64,000 nucleotides of DNA. Origin: Phyllobates terribilis (lineage: Eukaryota). The first letter of the stretch is position 1. Every line of letters starts with the position of its first letter. The stretch covers positions 89,218,001 through 89,282,000 of the forward strand of contig NW_027362761.1 of the NCBI RefSeq assembly GCF_046119375.1, written 5' to 3'. The notes below the pieces were generated by a model. It was not told the origin of the DNA and searched no databases. It saw only the letters and a list, made by a program, of their open reading frames with translations. Below, piece by piece: positions 1 to 13,036 of this stretch. The position numbers and the translations under genes were made by a program.

Positions 1-178
1 CCTTATCGATCTGAAAAAATGCCCAGGATATGCAAGGCTTAGAGCCCATGCGACCTGAAGAGCCACAACGACTTGTGGTCAGAGGCAGAGTTGTGGTTGA
101 GGATGCAGTTGTTGACGTGCTTCCAGTACTCCGTCTCTGTCCAGGAAGGCGCAACCTAACCTCATCGTCAATAGCATC
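1..178 (-). pseudogene. Probable hAT transposase N-terminal fragment just upstream of a BED finger
   Basis: Minus-strand open frame VTDAIDDEVRLRLPGQRRSTGSTSTTASS...GSKPCISWAFFQIDK; the WAFF ending parallels SRVWNFFKD at the start of the BED finger in copy C. Runs off the window edge. Confidence 0.4.
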
Positions 179-845
179 TGTGACGCCCCGCTGCGCTTGG
201 TATCACAGATCCTAGAAGAGTGCATTGATGGAATCCTCCACAAGAGGCCCCCATAAACTTTCACACATCTATACCTTCCACCTCAGACCAGCAGAGGGAG
301 CCCATTAGGGATATAAATAGGGAAGGTGGAGCTAGGCAGTTCAGTTCCTCTGAAGAGTTCCTGCAGTAGAGAAGCCTAAGAGAGGTCAGTCTGCAGTTGA
401 GCGCAGTCTAGTCTGGAGAACTCAGTTAATAGTTCAGCAGTGGAGGACGAGGCTCCTGCTAGAAATATTCAGGGAGCCCAGACAGAGCTTAAGGTGTGCC
501 GGCGCCATAAGATCGGTGAAGCGCGGCAAGCTGCCTTTAGTGTGTATAGCCTAGTGAGGGCCCGAGTAGGCCGAAGGCGAGTGGCGAGTTAGTACATAAG
601 GGGCAGAGGGGTTTAACCAGCTCACCCCGAAGCATTTACCGGACACCGGATCCGAGCTTACCGGGATCTCTATGACCCAGTAAGGCATAACCGGAATCCC
701 TGGAGAACTACAAGTCCCAGGATCGCTAAGGTGCTGATACGTGACAGAGCCAGGAGACGCTTAGGCCCCGCATACTGGGAGCGTGAACTCCAAGAGAAGG
801 CCCTACCACAAGGTCAGCCAGCGCAGGTCAGAGACAAAGTTAGGC
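179..845 (+). mobile_element. 3'-truncated LTR (Gypsy-like)
   Basis: Starts TGTGACGCCCC...TCACAG, the same architecture as the TSD-bounded LTR at 55448 (TGTGGCACCCC...CCACAG); TATA-like ATATAAATAG at 311; no CA end or TSD seen because it joins satellite at ~845. Confidence 0.5.
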
Positions 846-1050
846 CTGCATAGCACCCCTCACCCCCAATCCTGGCTTGCATGGCACCCAGCATCCTAAT
901 CCTTGCATGCATATCGCCTCTGATCCCTCATCCTGGTATGCATGGCTCCCTCATACCCAATCCTGGCATGCATGGCACCCTCAGCCTTATCCTGGTATGA
1001 ATGGGCCCCTCACCCCCATCCTGGTATGGATGGTACCCCATCCCTCATCT
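845..1050 (+). repeat. Orphan fragment of the 31-bp satellite
   Basis: About 7 monomers colinear with 3033-3235, including rare variants gcatatcgcctctgatccctca and gaatgggcccctcaccccc. Confidence 0.85.
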
Positions 1051-1964
1051 TAATAACTTCTACTAAAGTGTACAGTTGACTAAGTTGTGTATAAGGAGTA
1101 TACGTGGCATAAATGAAAGACATTACACATGTAAGACGCTAAGCACATAGCTGATTACACAATACATGTACTTGTGCTCTTTAGGGTACAAGACAACCAA
1201 AGTAAACTCTATTGGGACTGTGTTATGTCACTGTTGGGGACACTATATAATGTCCTTTAATTTTTGGTTGTGGCTGTGTCTAACCGTACAGGGACATGGT
1301 CTGATCATACCACATCACCTGGTCAAGGGAGAAAGCAAAAAAGTATACAGATAATACAGCATGAGATCACAGCAGATTCTTTCTGTGAGGTAAAACATGT
1401 TTTTAAAAAGGAAGGGAAATGTTTTATCTAACAGAAAGAATCTGCTATGCTGTAATGTCTGTATATTCTTTTGATTCCTCACCTGGCCAAGAGATATGGT
1501 ATGTGCAGATCATGTTACTGCACGGTCAGACACAGCCATTACACAGTACACAGCAGGGGCACATTTATAAGATTATCTCAGGACAGGAATATTTATATTT
1601 AACACATTCAACTGAGGAACTTATTTTTATTCCAAGATCTATTGATTAAAATATACTTTATTCGGTGGACATCCCCAATAACTGTATAGACTGTGCATGT
1701 TGATTTTCCTCAACCTTTCCCATCAAAAGACACTTGAGCTTTGATGTTAACTTCTGTGGTTGGCCTGGATGTCTCTGTGAGATTGTTGCAGTTCCATGTT
1801 TTTTTAATTTTTTGTATCAATTTTGCTACTTTTGCTACAGTTTTCTGACTGATAAGTAAAGCTTCGATGATCTTCTAGTAGTCTTCATTCTTTTGTGTAA
1901 AGAAATTATTTTATTTTTGAGGTCTTGTGACATTTCTATTCCATATAGTGCCACTGCTGACAGC

Positions 1965-2218
1965 CAGGAATGAGCAGACCTGTGGATGTTCGGGTACTGG
2001 TACCCGACCCAAACTATATTCCAAAGTTTGGTTCAGGAAACAGAACTGTACCCAAACTTGAACCAGAACCCAAACCACATTGAAAACAATGGAGACCTGA
2101 ATTTTTTAGCTGGAAATTTCTCTCTCTCTTTTCCCCAGAACTTCAAACGTTGCAACTAACTTATGAGAGAAGTCTGTGTTCGGCATTAAGTACGAGACAA
2201 CAGGTTCGCTCATCTCTA
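1965..2218. mobile_element. hAT MITE
   Basis: Ends CAGGAATGAGCAGACC / GGTTCGCTCATCTCTA; flanks ctgacagc (1957-1964) and ctgatagt (2219-2226) form a 6/8 TSD; reverse-complement homologue of 12275-12548. Confidence 0.75.
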
Positions 2219-2759
2219 CTGATAGTATGAAATGGGAAGGAGGGTCTTTGTTTTGTTGTGTTTTTGTTTCTGTGTAAACATTATTACACCCTTCCCCAAA
2301 GCACAACTGTGTTAAAAAAATTATGCCTTTTGAAATCTGACCATTGAAAATTACCTTTTCTTTTCTTGTTTTCTTGCTATATTTGTGCCAATCCATTCAA
2401 TAAATTTAAAGGGAGCCTGTCACCTCAAAAAGCAAATTGAACACTTAGCCACTATAAACAGCAAGAATATTACTGAAACCTTGACTAATTTTGATTATTT
2501 CCTGAAAGTCAAAGTAAACATAGGCTGACCCTCATTATTACAAGATGGAACAAAAGCTAAATTTTATATCTAGTTCAAAGTTTTACACAAAAATTTAAAA
2601 AGAATTCACAAATATACACTATTTGCGTAACCAGCCATTTTCACATTTTACGTTAACTGTTACTCCATATAAATAGAGGTACCCAAAGAAAAAATGGTTC
2701 TATAATATATGCACATCCAAATATATAGAAGTAGCTACTGAACCCATTCTATGCCTGGG

Positions 2760-5700
2760 TGTGCTGCCCCCCATCCTGGTATTTGTGCTGCCCCCATCCT
2801 GTCCCCCCATCCTATCCTGGTATGCAAGGCAAACCTCAAACATAACCTGGTGTGCATGGCACCCCTTACTCCTACCCTGGTATGCATGGCACCCCTCATC
2901 CCTATCCTGGTATGCATGGCACCCCTCATCCCCATCCTGGTATGCATGACACCCCTCATCCCCATCCTGGTATGCATGGCCCCTCATCCCTATCCTGTTA
3001 TGCATTGTACCCCTCACCACCAATCCTGGTATGCATAGCACCCCTCACCACCAATCCTGGTTTGCATGGCACCCCGCATCCTAATCCTGGCATGCATATC
3101 GCCTCTGATCCCTCATTCTGGTATGCATGGCTCCCTCATACCCAATCCTGGCATGCATGGCCCCCTCAGCCTTATCCTGGTATGAATGGGCCCCTCACCC
3201 CCATCCAGGTATGGATGGTACCCCATCCCTCATCTCTATCCTGGTATGTATGGTACCCCTCATTCTGGTATGGATGGTACCCCTCATCCCCAATCCTGGC
3301 ATGCATGGCACCCCTCATCCCTAATCCTGGTATGCATGACACTCCTCATCCCCAATCCTGTTATGAATGGCACTCCTCATCCCCAATCCGGGAATGCATG
3401 GCACCCCTCATCCCTAATCCTGGTATGCATGGCACTCCTCATCCCCAATCCTGGTATGCATGGCAGTCCTCATCCCAATCCTGGCATACATGGCACTCCT
3501 CATCCACAATCCTTGCATGCATGGCACCCTCAGCCTAATCCTGGTATGCATGGGCCCTTCACCTCCATCCTGGTATGCATGGTACCCCATCCCTCATCCC
3601 TATACTGGTATGTATGGCACCAAATATCACTATCCTGGTATGCATGACCCTCATCCGAATCCTGGTATGCATGGCACCCCTCATCCCCAATCCTGGTATG
3701 CATGGCACCCCTTATCCCCAATCCTGGTATGCATGCCACCCCTCATCCAAAATCCTGTTATGCATGGCACCCCATCTTTCATCCTGGTATGTATGGCACC
3801 CCTCATCCCCAATCCTGGTATGTATGGTATCCAATCCCTCATCCTGGTATGTATGGCACCACTCATCCCCCAATCCTAATATGCATGGCACCCCATCCCT
3901 CATCTTGGTATATATGGTACCCCTCATCCCTATCCTGGTATGTATGGTACCCCTCATCCTGGTATGCATGGCACCCCATCCCTCATCCTGGTATGTATGG
4001 TGCCCTTCTTCCCTATTCTGGTATGCATGGTATCCCTCATACTGGTATACATGGCATCCTTCATCCCAATTTTGGTATGTATGGCACCCTTCATCCCAAA
4101 ATCCTGGCATGTTTTGCCTTCTCATCCACCAATCCTGGCATGCATGGCAACCCATTCCTCATCCTGGTATGCATGGCACCCCTCATCTCTAATCTGATAC
4201 GTATGGTACCCCTCATCCCTATCCTGGTATGTATGGTACCCCTCATCCTAGTATGCATTGTACCCCATCCCTCATCTTGGTATGCATGGTACCCCGCATC
4301 ACTATTCTGGTATGTATGATCCCCTCATCCTGGTATACATGGCACCCCTCATCACAATTCTGGTATGTATGGCCTCCTCGTCCCCCAAACCTGGTATGCA
4401 TGTCACCCAATCCCTCATCCTGGTATGCATGATTCCCTCATCCCCAATCCTTGTATGCATGGCCCCCTCATCACTATCCTGGTATGCATGGCACTCCTCA
4501 TCCCCCTATCCTGGTATGCATGGTACCCCTCATCCCTATTCTGGTATGCATGGCACCCCTCATCCCCAATGCTGGTATGCATGGCACCCCTCAGCCCCAA
4601 TGCTGGTATGCATGGCACCCCTCACCTCCCAATCCTGGTATGTATGGCACCCCTCATCCCCAACCCTGATATGCATGGTCCCCTCACCCCAATACCTGGT
4701 ATGCATGATACCCCTCACTCCCCAATCCTGGTATGCTTGGTACCCCTCATCCCTATTCTGATATACATGACACCCCTCATCCCCAATCCTGGTATGCATG
4801 GCACTCCTCATCCCCAATACTGGTATGCATGGCAGTCCTCATCCCACTCCTGGCATGCATATCGCCCATCATCTCTCATCCTGGAATACATGGCTCCCTC
4901 ATACCCAATCCTGGTATGCATGGCCCCCTCAGCCTTATCCTGGTATGCATGGGCCCCTCATCCCCATCCTGGTATGCATTGAACCCCATCCCTCATCCCT
5001 ATCCTGGTATGTATGGCACCAAATATCTCTATCCTGGTATGCATGGCCCCACATCCGAATCCTGGTAGGCATGGCCCCTCATCCGAATCCTGGTATGCAT
5101 GGTACCCCTCTTCCGAATCCTGGTATGCATGGCACCCCTCATCCCCAATCCTGGCATGCATGGCACCCCTCATCCCCAATCCTGGTATGCATGGCACCCC
5201 TCATCCCCAATCCTGGTATGCATGGCACCCCTCATCCCCAATCCGGGTATGCATGGCACCCCTCATCCCCAATCCTGGTATGCATGGCACCCCTCATCCC
5301 CAATCCTGGTATATATGGCACCCCTCATCCCCAATCCTGGTTTGCATGGCACCCCTCATCCTCAATCCTGGTATGCATGGCAACCCTCATCCCCAAACCT
5401 GGTATGCAGGCACCCCTCATCCCAATCCTCGTATGCATGGCACTCCTCACCCACAATCCTGGTATGCATGGCACCCCTCATCCCCAATCCTGATATGCAT
5501 GGCACCCTTATCCCCAATCCTGGTATGCATGTCACCACTCATCCCCAATCCTGTAATGCATGGCACCCCATCTCTCTTCCTGGTATGTATGTCACCCGTC
5601 AACCCCCAATCCTGGTATGTATGGTACCCAATCCCTCATCCTGGTATGTATGGCACCACTCATCCCCCAATTCTAATAAGCGTGGCACCCCATCCCTCAT

Positions 5701-8700
5701 CCTGGTAAGCATGGTACCACTCACCCCTATTCTGGTATTCATGGTACCCCTCATCCTCGTATACATGACACCCCTCATCCCAATTCTGGTATGCATAGCA
5801 CCCCTCATCCCCCAATCCTGGTATGTTTGGCCTCCTCATCCCCCAATCCTGGTATGCATGGCATCCCATTCCTCATCCTGGTATGCATGGCGCCCCTCAT
5901 CTCTATTCTGGTATGTATGGTACCCCTCATCCCTATCCTGGTATGCATGGCACCCCTCATCCTGGTATGCATGGTACCCCATCCCTCATCCTGGTATGCA
6001 TGTCATCCCATCCCTCATCCTGGTATGCATGGAACTCCGCATCACTATTCGGGTATGTATTGTCCCCTCATCCTGGTATACATGGCACCCCTCATCACAA
6101 TTCTGGTATGCATTGTCTCCTCATCCCCTAATCCTGGTATGCATGGCACCCAATCCCTCATACTGGTATGCCTGACTCCCTCATCCCCAATCCTGGAATG
6201 CATGACCCCCTCATCACTATCCTGGTATGCATGGCACTCCTCATCCCCAATGCTGGTATGCATGGCACCCCTCACCTCCCAATCCTGGTATGTATGGCAC
6301 CCCTCATCCCAAATCCTGATATACATGGTCCCCTCACCCCCCCAATGATGGTATGCATGGTACCCCTCATCCCCAATGCTGGTATGCATGGCATCCCTGA
6401 TCCCCAATTCTGGTATACATGGCACCCCTCACCCCCCAATCCTGGTATGTATGTCATCCCTCATCCCCAATCCTGGTATGCATGGTCCCCTCACCCCCCC
6501 CAATCCTGGTATGCCTGGTACCCCTCATCCCCAATCCTGGTATACATGGCACCCCTCATCCCCAATCCTGGTTTGCATGGCACCCCTCATCCCCAATCCT
6601 GGTATGCCTGGCACCCCTCATCCCCAATCCTGGTTTGCATAGCACCCCGCATCCCCAATCCTGGTATGCATGGCACCCCTCATCCCCAATCATGGTGTGC
6701 ATGGCACACCTTATCCCCAATCCTGGAATGCATGGCACTCCTCATCTCAAATCCGGGTATGCATGACACTCCTCATCCACAATCCTGGTATGCATGTCAC
6801 CCCTCATCGCCAATCCTGGTATGCATGGCCCCACATCCGAATCCTGGTATGCATGGTACCCCTCATCCGAATCCTGGTATGCATGGCACCCCTCATCCCC
6901 AATCCTGGTATGCATGGCACACCTTATCCCCAATCCTGATATGCATGGCAATCCTCATCCCCAATCCTGGTATGCATGGCACCCCTCATCCCCAATCCTG
7001 GTATGCATGGCACTCCTCATCCCCAATCCTGGTATGCATGACAGTACTCATCCCAATCCTGGTATGCATATCGCTCATCATCCCTCATCCTGGTATGCAT
7101 GGCTCCCTCATACCCAATTCTGGCATGCATGGCCCTCTCAACCTAATCCTGGTATGCATGGGCCCCTCATCCCCATCTTGGTATGCATGGAACCACATCC
7201 CTCATCCCTATCCTGGTATGTATTGCATCAAATATCTCTATCCTGGTATGCATGGCCCCGCATCCGAATCCTGGTATGCATGGCCCCTCATCCGAATCCT
7301 GGTATGCATGGTACCCCTCATCCGAATCCTGGTATGCATGGCACACCTCATCCCCAATCCGGGTATGCATGGCACCCCTCATCCCCAATCCTGGTATGCG
7401 GGCACCCCTCATCCCCAATCCTGGTATGCATTTCACCCCTCATGCCCAATCCTGGAATGCATTGCACCCCTCATCCCCAATCCTGGTATGCATGGTACCC
7501 CTCATCCCCAATCCTGGTTTGCATGGCTCCCCTCATCCCCAATCCTGTTATGCATGGCACTCCTCATCCCCAATCCTGGTTTGCATGTCACCCCTCATCC
7601 TCAATCTTAGTATGCATGGCAACCCTCATCCCCAATCCTGGTATGCATGGCACCCCTCATCCCAATCCTGGTATGCATGGCACTCCTCATCCCCAATTCG
7701 GTTATGCATGACACTCCTCACCCACAATCCTGGTATGCATGGCACCCCTCATCCCCAATGCTGGTATGCATGGCACCCCTCATCCCCAATCCTGGTATGC
7801 ATGCCACCACTCATCCCCAATCCTGTAATGCATGGCACCCCATCTCTCATAATGGTAGGTATGGCACCCCTCATCCCCCAATCCTGGTATGTATGGTACC
7901 CATTCCCTCTTCCTGATATGTATGGCACCACTCATCCCCCAATTCTAATATGCATGGCACCCCATCCCACATTCTGGTATATATGGTACCCCTCATCCCT
8001 ATTCTGGTATAATTGGTACCCCTCCTCCTGTTATGCATGGCACCCCATCCCTCATATTGGTATGAATGGAACCCCATCCCTCATCCCTATCCTGGTATGT
8101 ATGGCACCAAATATCACTATCCTGGTATGCATGGCCCCGCATCCGAATCCTGGTATGCATGGCCCCTCATCCGAATCCTGGAATGCATGGCACCCCTCAT
8201 CCGAATCCTGGTATGCATGGCACCCCTCATCCCCAATCCTGGTATGCATGGCACCCCTCATCCCTAATCCTAGTATGCATGGCACCCCTCATCCCCAATC
8301 CTGGTATGCATGGCACCCCTCATCCCCAATCCTGGTATCCATGGCAGCCCTCATCCCCAATCCTGGTATGCATGGTACCCCTCATCCCCAATCCTGGCAT
8401 GCATGGCACCCCTCATCCCCAATCCTGGTATGCATGGCACCCCTCATCCCCAATCCTGGTTTGCATTTCCCCCCTCATCCTCAATCCTGGTATGCATGGC
8501 AACCCTCATCCCCAATCCTTGTATGATTGGCACCCCTCATCCCAATCCTGGTATGCATGGCACTCCTCATCCCCAATCCGGGTATGCATGACAATCCTCA
8601 CCCAGAATCCTGGTATGCATGGCACCCCTCATCCCCAATCCTGGTTTGCATGACACACCTCATCCCCAATCCTGGTATGCATGCCACCACTCATCCCCAA

Positions 8701-9775
8701 ACCTGTAATGCATGGCATCTGATCTATCATCCTGGCATGTATGGCACCCCTCATCCCCCAATACTTTTATATATGGCACCACTCATCCCCCAATTCTAAT
8801 ATGCATGGCACCCCATCCCTCATTCTGGTATGTATGGTACCCCTCATCCCTATCCTGGTATGTATGGTACCCCTCATCCTGGTATGCATGGTACCACTCA
8901 TCCCTGTTCTGGTATGCATGGTATCCCTTATCCTCGTATACAAGACACCACTCATCCTAATACCGGTATGTATGGCACCCCTCATCCCCCAATCCTGGTA
9001 TGTTTGGCCTCCCCATCCCCCAATCCTGGCTTGCATGGCATCCCATTCCTCATCTTGGTATGCATGGCACCCCTCATCTCTATTCTGGTATGTATAGTAC
9101 CCCTCATCCCTATCCTGGTATGCATGGTACCCCTCATCCTGGTATGCATGGTACCCGATCCCTCATCCTGATATGCATGGTACCCCGCATCACTATTCTG
9201 GTATGTATGGTCCCCTCATCCTGGTTTACATGGCACCCCTCATCACAATTCTGGTATGCATTGCCTCCTCATCCCCCAATCCTGGTATGCATGGCACCCA
9301 ATCCCTCATCCTGGAATGCATGACTCCCTCTTCCCCAATCCTGGCATGCATGGCCCCCTCATCGCTATCCTGGTATGCATGACACTCCTCATCCCCAATG
9401 CTGGTATGCATGGCACCCCACACCTCCCAATCCTGGTATGTATGGCACCCCTCATCCCAAATTCTGATATGCATGGTCCCCTCACCCCCCAATGATGGTA
9501 TGCATGGTAATCCTTATTTCCCAATCCAGGTATGCATGGTACCGCTCATCCCTATTCAGGTATGCATGGAACTTCTCATCCCCCAATACTGGTATGCATG
9601 GTACCCCTCATCCCCCAATCCTGGTATGCATGGCACTCCATCCCTCATCCTGGTATGTATGGTACCCCTCATTCCCCAATCCTGGTATGTGTGGCCCCCT
9701 CAACCCACAATCCTGGTATGTGTGGCCCCTTCATCCTCCAATCCTGGTATGTATGGCACCCCTCATCCCTTTCAT
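2760..9775 (+). repeat. Satellite array 1, 31-bp consensus ATCCCCAATCCTGGTATGCATGGCACCCCTC
   Basis: Roughly 230 tandem monomers with shorter and longer variants, read directly from the sequence. Confidence 0.97.
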
Positions 9776-10002
9776 GCTGCACACATTAAAAAAAAAACAC
9801 TTATTCTCACCTTTCTTCCCTGTGCTCCGGAGCTGCTGCGTCCTGTTCTGCCGCAGGCCGGGGGAGGAGTGCGGTGCCGAACAGCGCGGCATGGGCACGC
9901 TCGTACTCCTGTGCTGCACTCCTCCGGCAGAACAGGACGCAGCAGCTCCGGAGCACAGGGAAGAAAGGTGAGTATAATTGTTTTTTTTTTTAATGTGTGC
10001 AG
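9776..10002. repeat. Long inverted repeat (~75-bp outer arms plus 10-bp inner arms)
   Basis: 9776-9852 is the near-perfect reverse complement of 9925-10002; ggaggagtgc and gcactcctcc pair internally. Confidence 0.92.
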
Positions 10003-10326
10003 TACTGCAAATGTGTCTTCAGTAAAATGGAGCTGGATCGCGATATGCGCATGCGCTGATTCTGATACCTTCACTCCTGTCCCGGTCTCCGGCGAGAAAA
10101 GAGGCGCCGCGGCAACGCTCCTCCCGGTCAGGTAAGTATGGCACCGGAGATCGCGGTATGCGTTCAGTGCCTATGCATTCCGCAATCTCCGGTGCCATAC
10201 ACACTCCGCTTACCTTTAACGGCTCCATGCGTTCTTCTGTCTGGAGCCAGACTGTGCAGGCGTGTCCTGCTTGCACAGTCTATAAAGGCTTCAGGCAGAG
10301 GGATGCTTGTAGCATTTTATTATAGA

Positions 10327-10664
10327 TATCCAAAAAAAATGGAAGCAAATGTGACTTACCATAAATATATAAGAAATATATTTTATTGAGAAAGTATTTC
10401 AGTATAAAATTATAAAAGAATAACGGGAGAAAGTGCCAATGAGCACCTCACCACTACAGGGAACATAAGGAGATAGGCTTTTCCTAGGTAGTAATCAGAT
10501 AATAATCAAAGATATGCAAAACAACGTATAAACTCCAATTTACAGATGATCAAGATGGCTTAATGGGGTATACAGGGACACAAGGCCATGGTAATAATAT
10601 ACAATAGCGTAATACAATCAAGGGCTATAACAGAAGTCATATTTGCTTCCATTTTTCTTTGGTA
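10327..10664. repeat. ~340-bp segment bounded by ~31-bp inverted repeats (possible MITE)
   Basis: tatccaaaaaaaatggaagcaaatgtgactt versus reverse complement of aagtcatatttgcttccatttttctttggta. Confidence 0.45.
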
Positions 10665-11194
10665 TTACATACGAATAGATTAGTGGAGTCAAGCTAATGC
10701 TGGAACTTGGTTTACTTGGTGCTTGCATCTGTATTTTCCGTAATATAGTAAGAAGTGTAATAGAACATCTACAATTGTCATACATTTAGTTTCTTGTACA
10801 CTATTTATTTACTATGCCAAAATGTTTCATTTGTTTATTTATAATTAAATTGTAAAATTCACAAGGAGGTCACATTTGCTGAGGTCAATTCTGTTTGCTT
10901 GTTTTATTATTTACTGGAATAGTAATCAATTTTAATATCATTTTGTAACCATGTGAAAAGAGAATAAATTTACAGCTTATAAATACAGTATAAATCATTA
11001 CTAAACAAGATTAGATTTGAAATGCCAATATGCATTTACAAACATTCAGTCAGCCTCACATTTACCAGAAAAAATAGAATTTTCACTTAAAGTACAATAC
11101 ATTATATAGAACAACTAGGGATCAATTAACTATAACAATATTATGAAATACATAAAACAACATTTTAATATTGTCAAAAGTTTTAGAAAATTCC

Positions 11195-11403
11195 TGCGGC
11201 TGCATGTTTTTCGGCGGTAGACAGACGCAGCACATACAGGGATTGCCTGTTTGCTAGGCAATCCATGCATATGTTGCTTCTGTCTAATGCCACAAAACAT
11301 GCAGCCTCATGATCTCGAACATATCAGAGCACCCCAAAATTACTCGGATAACACCAGAGCATGCTCGCATAACACTTTATCTGAGCACATTTGCTCATCA
11401 CTA
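11195..11403. mobile_element. Truncated hAT MITE (one end)
   Basis: Ends gctcatcacta, matching the family TIR; internal hairpin ~11199-11306 centred on gggattgcctgtttgctaggcaatcc. Confidence 0.6.
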
Positions 11404-12274
11404 ATTAAAATACATCTTGTCCCACAAAACAAGTTTTTGTATGGCTGCATTAAAAGAAATTTCACACACATATAGTTTTTGAAATACATTGTGGAAAAAA
11501 AATTCTGTTTCTATCCCCTTACTGACATGTGACATGCATGTCCTGCACATGACTGGTGCAGGTATGGAGAACAAGCTCAGAAGCTGAGCCTGCTCCTTAC
11601 AGCACAGGAGTCACATAGCACTGACAGCATTTTTATGCTTTTATATAATATAGAATTGGTCGAAATAATAAAGCTACTTTCACATTGCGTTCTGTGTCCT
11701 CATCGGGCTATACATCCAAAACGGGGTCTGGACATATGAGCTGATGGGGGCTGTAGACTACAATAGTGACGACACATGTCTCTCAGAAGAAGCAATACCT
11801 ACCTGGGGTTTCAGGTCGCCTGCACATGAACCATCCAATCACAAGACATTCAAGCCAGGAGAGGAACTGAGGAAACTGGTGATGAATGTGGGTATTAGTA
11901 CCAAGCAATGGCAGTTATCAAGTAGGTCCAGTAGCTGAGTGAGAGCTACAGGAAAATATCTAAGGAGAAACAAGTATTGATTTTTTTTAATCTATTGTGA
12001 GCCTTTTAAAATAAATATCCAAATGGACAATCTTTTTTATTGACTAACTCCAAATAAAGTGACTGTCTTCCTCCTTAATGCAAAAACCTACAAATCCAAG
12101 CATTCCTTGAAATCTGTAGACACTTAGGACTTGTTGTGATTTGTAGTTTTTATCATTGCAAACTGCCATGCTATAATTTCACAGTGAAGGTTTACTCACA
12201 GCTACAGAGGAGTGGTGAACCTGCAACACAATTGAGGGATGCTAATGAGTTGCCACAGCAGCCATGGGCATAAG

Positions 12275-12548
12275 TAGAGATGAGCGAACCCGAAAGTTTA
12301 GTGTTCATACCGGACAGTTAGTTTCTGACGCTAAACACCGAACATGGACTTTCCCCGGAAGTCCATTGCAATGTTCAGAGTTCAGGAGGAAGTCCATTTC
12401 AGAGAAAGAGAGAGAGATTTTTTTTCTCTTACAATGGGGTTGGGGTTTTGGTTGAAGTTCGGGTACAGTTCTGGTACCCAAACTGAACTTTGGAATAAAG
12501 TTCGGGTCAGGTACCAGAGCCAAACTTCCACGGGTCAGCTCATCCCTA
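12275..12548. mobile_element. hAT MITE, 274 bp
   Basis: TIRs TAGAGATGAGCGAACC / GGTCAGCTCATCCCTA; 8-bp TSD ggcataag / ggcataac (7/8). Confidence 0.85.
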
Positions 12549-12929
12549 GGCATAACACTGGTTCCTATTCTATGTAAAGTATATACAAACCAATTCCTAA
12601 TAAGCTGCCAATCAGTATAACATTTGACCGTCAAATATTGTAATGTATTATAAAAGTGATTATGTTTAAGTCCATAATGAGAATTTGCTGTGATCCATTT
12701 TTTTCATGCAAAGTGAACAGTGTAATGGATTTAGAATTCAGCAACACAAAAAATGCTAAAAAGAATTCCATTCGCAAAAGTAGCAAAATGTAAAAAAATA
12801 GAAAATAACATACAACTTTAGTATCATTGTAATCATAACAAAGTATAGAATGAAGTTAACAAATCATTTACATTGCACATTGGACCTCATTAAAACAAAT
12901 TAAACAAATTACTACTCTCAAAATTTAAA

Positions 12930-13036
12930 TTAAAGGGTTTATCTAGTACTTTGATATAGATGACCGATCCAATATGATATTGATGACCTATCCTAAGGAT
13001 AAGCCATCAATATCCAAGTCCTAGACAATCCTTTAA
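12930..13036. mobile_element. TTAA-flanked T2/Kolobok-like MITE
   Basis: ttaaagggtttatctag ... ctagacaatcctttaa with internal hairpin atattgatgacctatcctaaggataagccatcaatat. Confidence 0.55.

Larger units (their letters stand above)
2729..10327 (+). mobile_element. Non-autonomous Helitron/Helentron-like element 1 with expanded central tandem array
   Basis: Left end tagctactgaacccattctatgcctgggt matches 25300; right flank 9776-10236 matches 32780-33162; ends ttttattatagat; no TIR or TSD. Element boundaries seen directly; superfamily assignment is inference. Confidence 0.5.

Noticed and set aside
2700-9971. Dozens of long Pro/His/Trp-rich ORFs as a mucin- or extensin-like gene
   Set aside because: Fully explained by a stop-free 31-bp non-triplet monomer; all three frames give the same cyclic peptide; no exon structure or unique domain.
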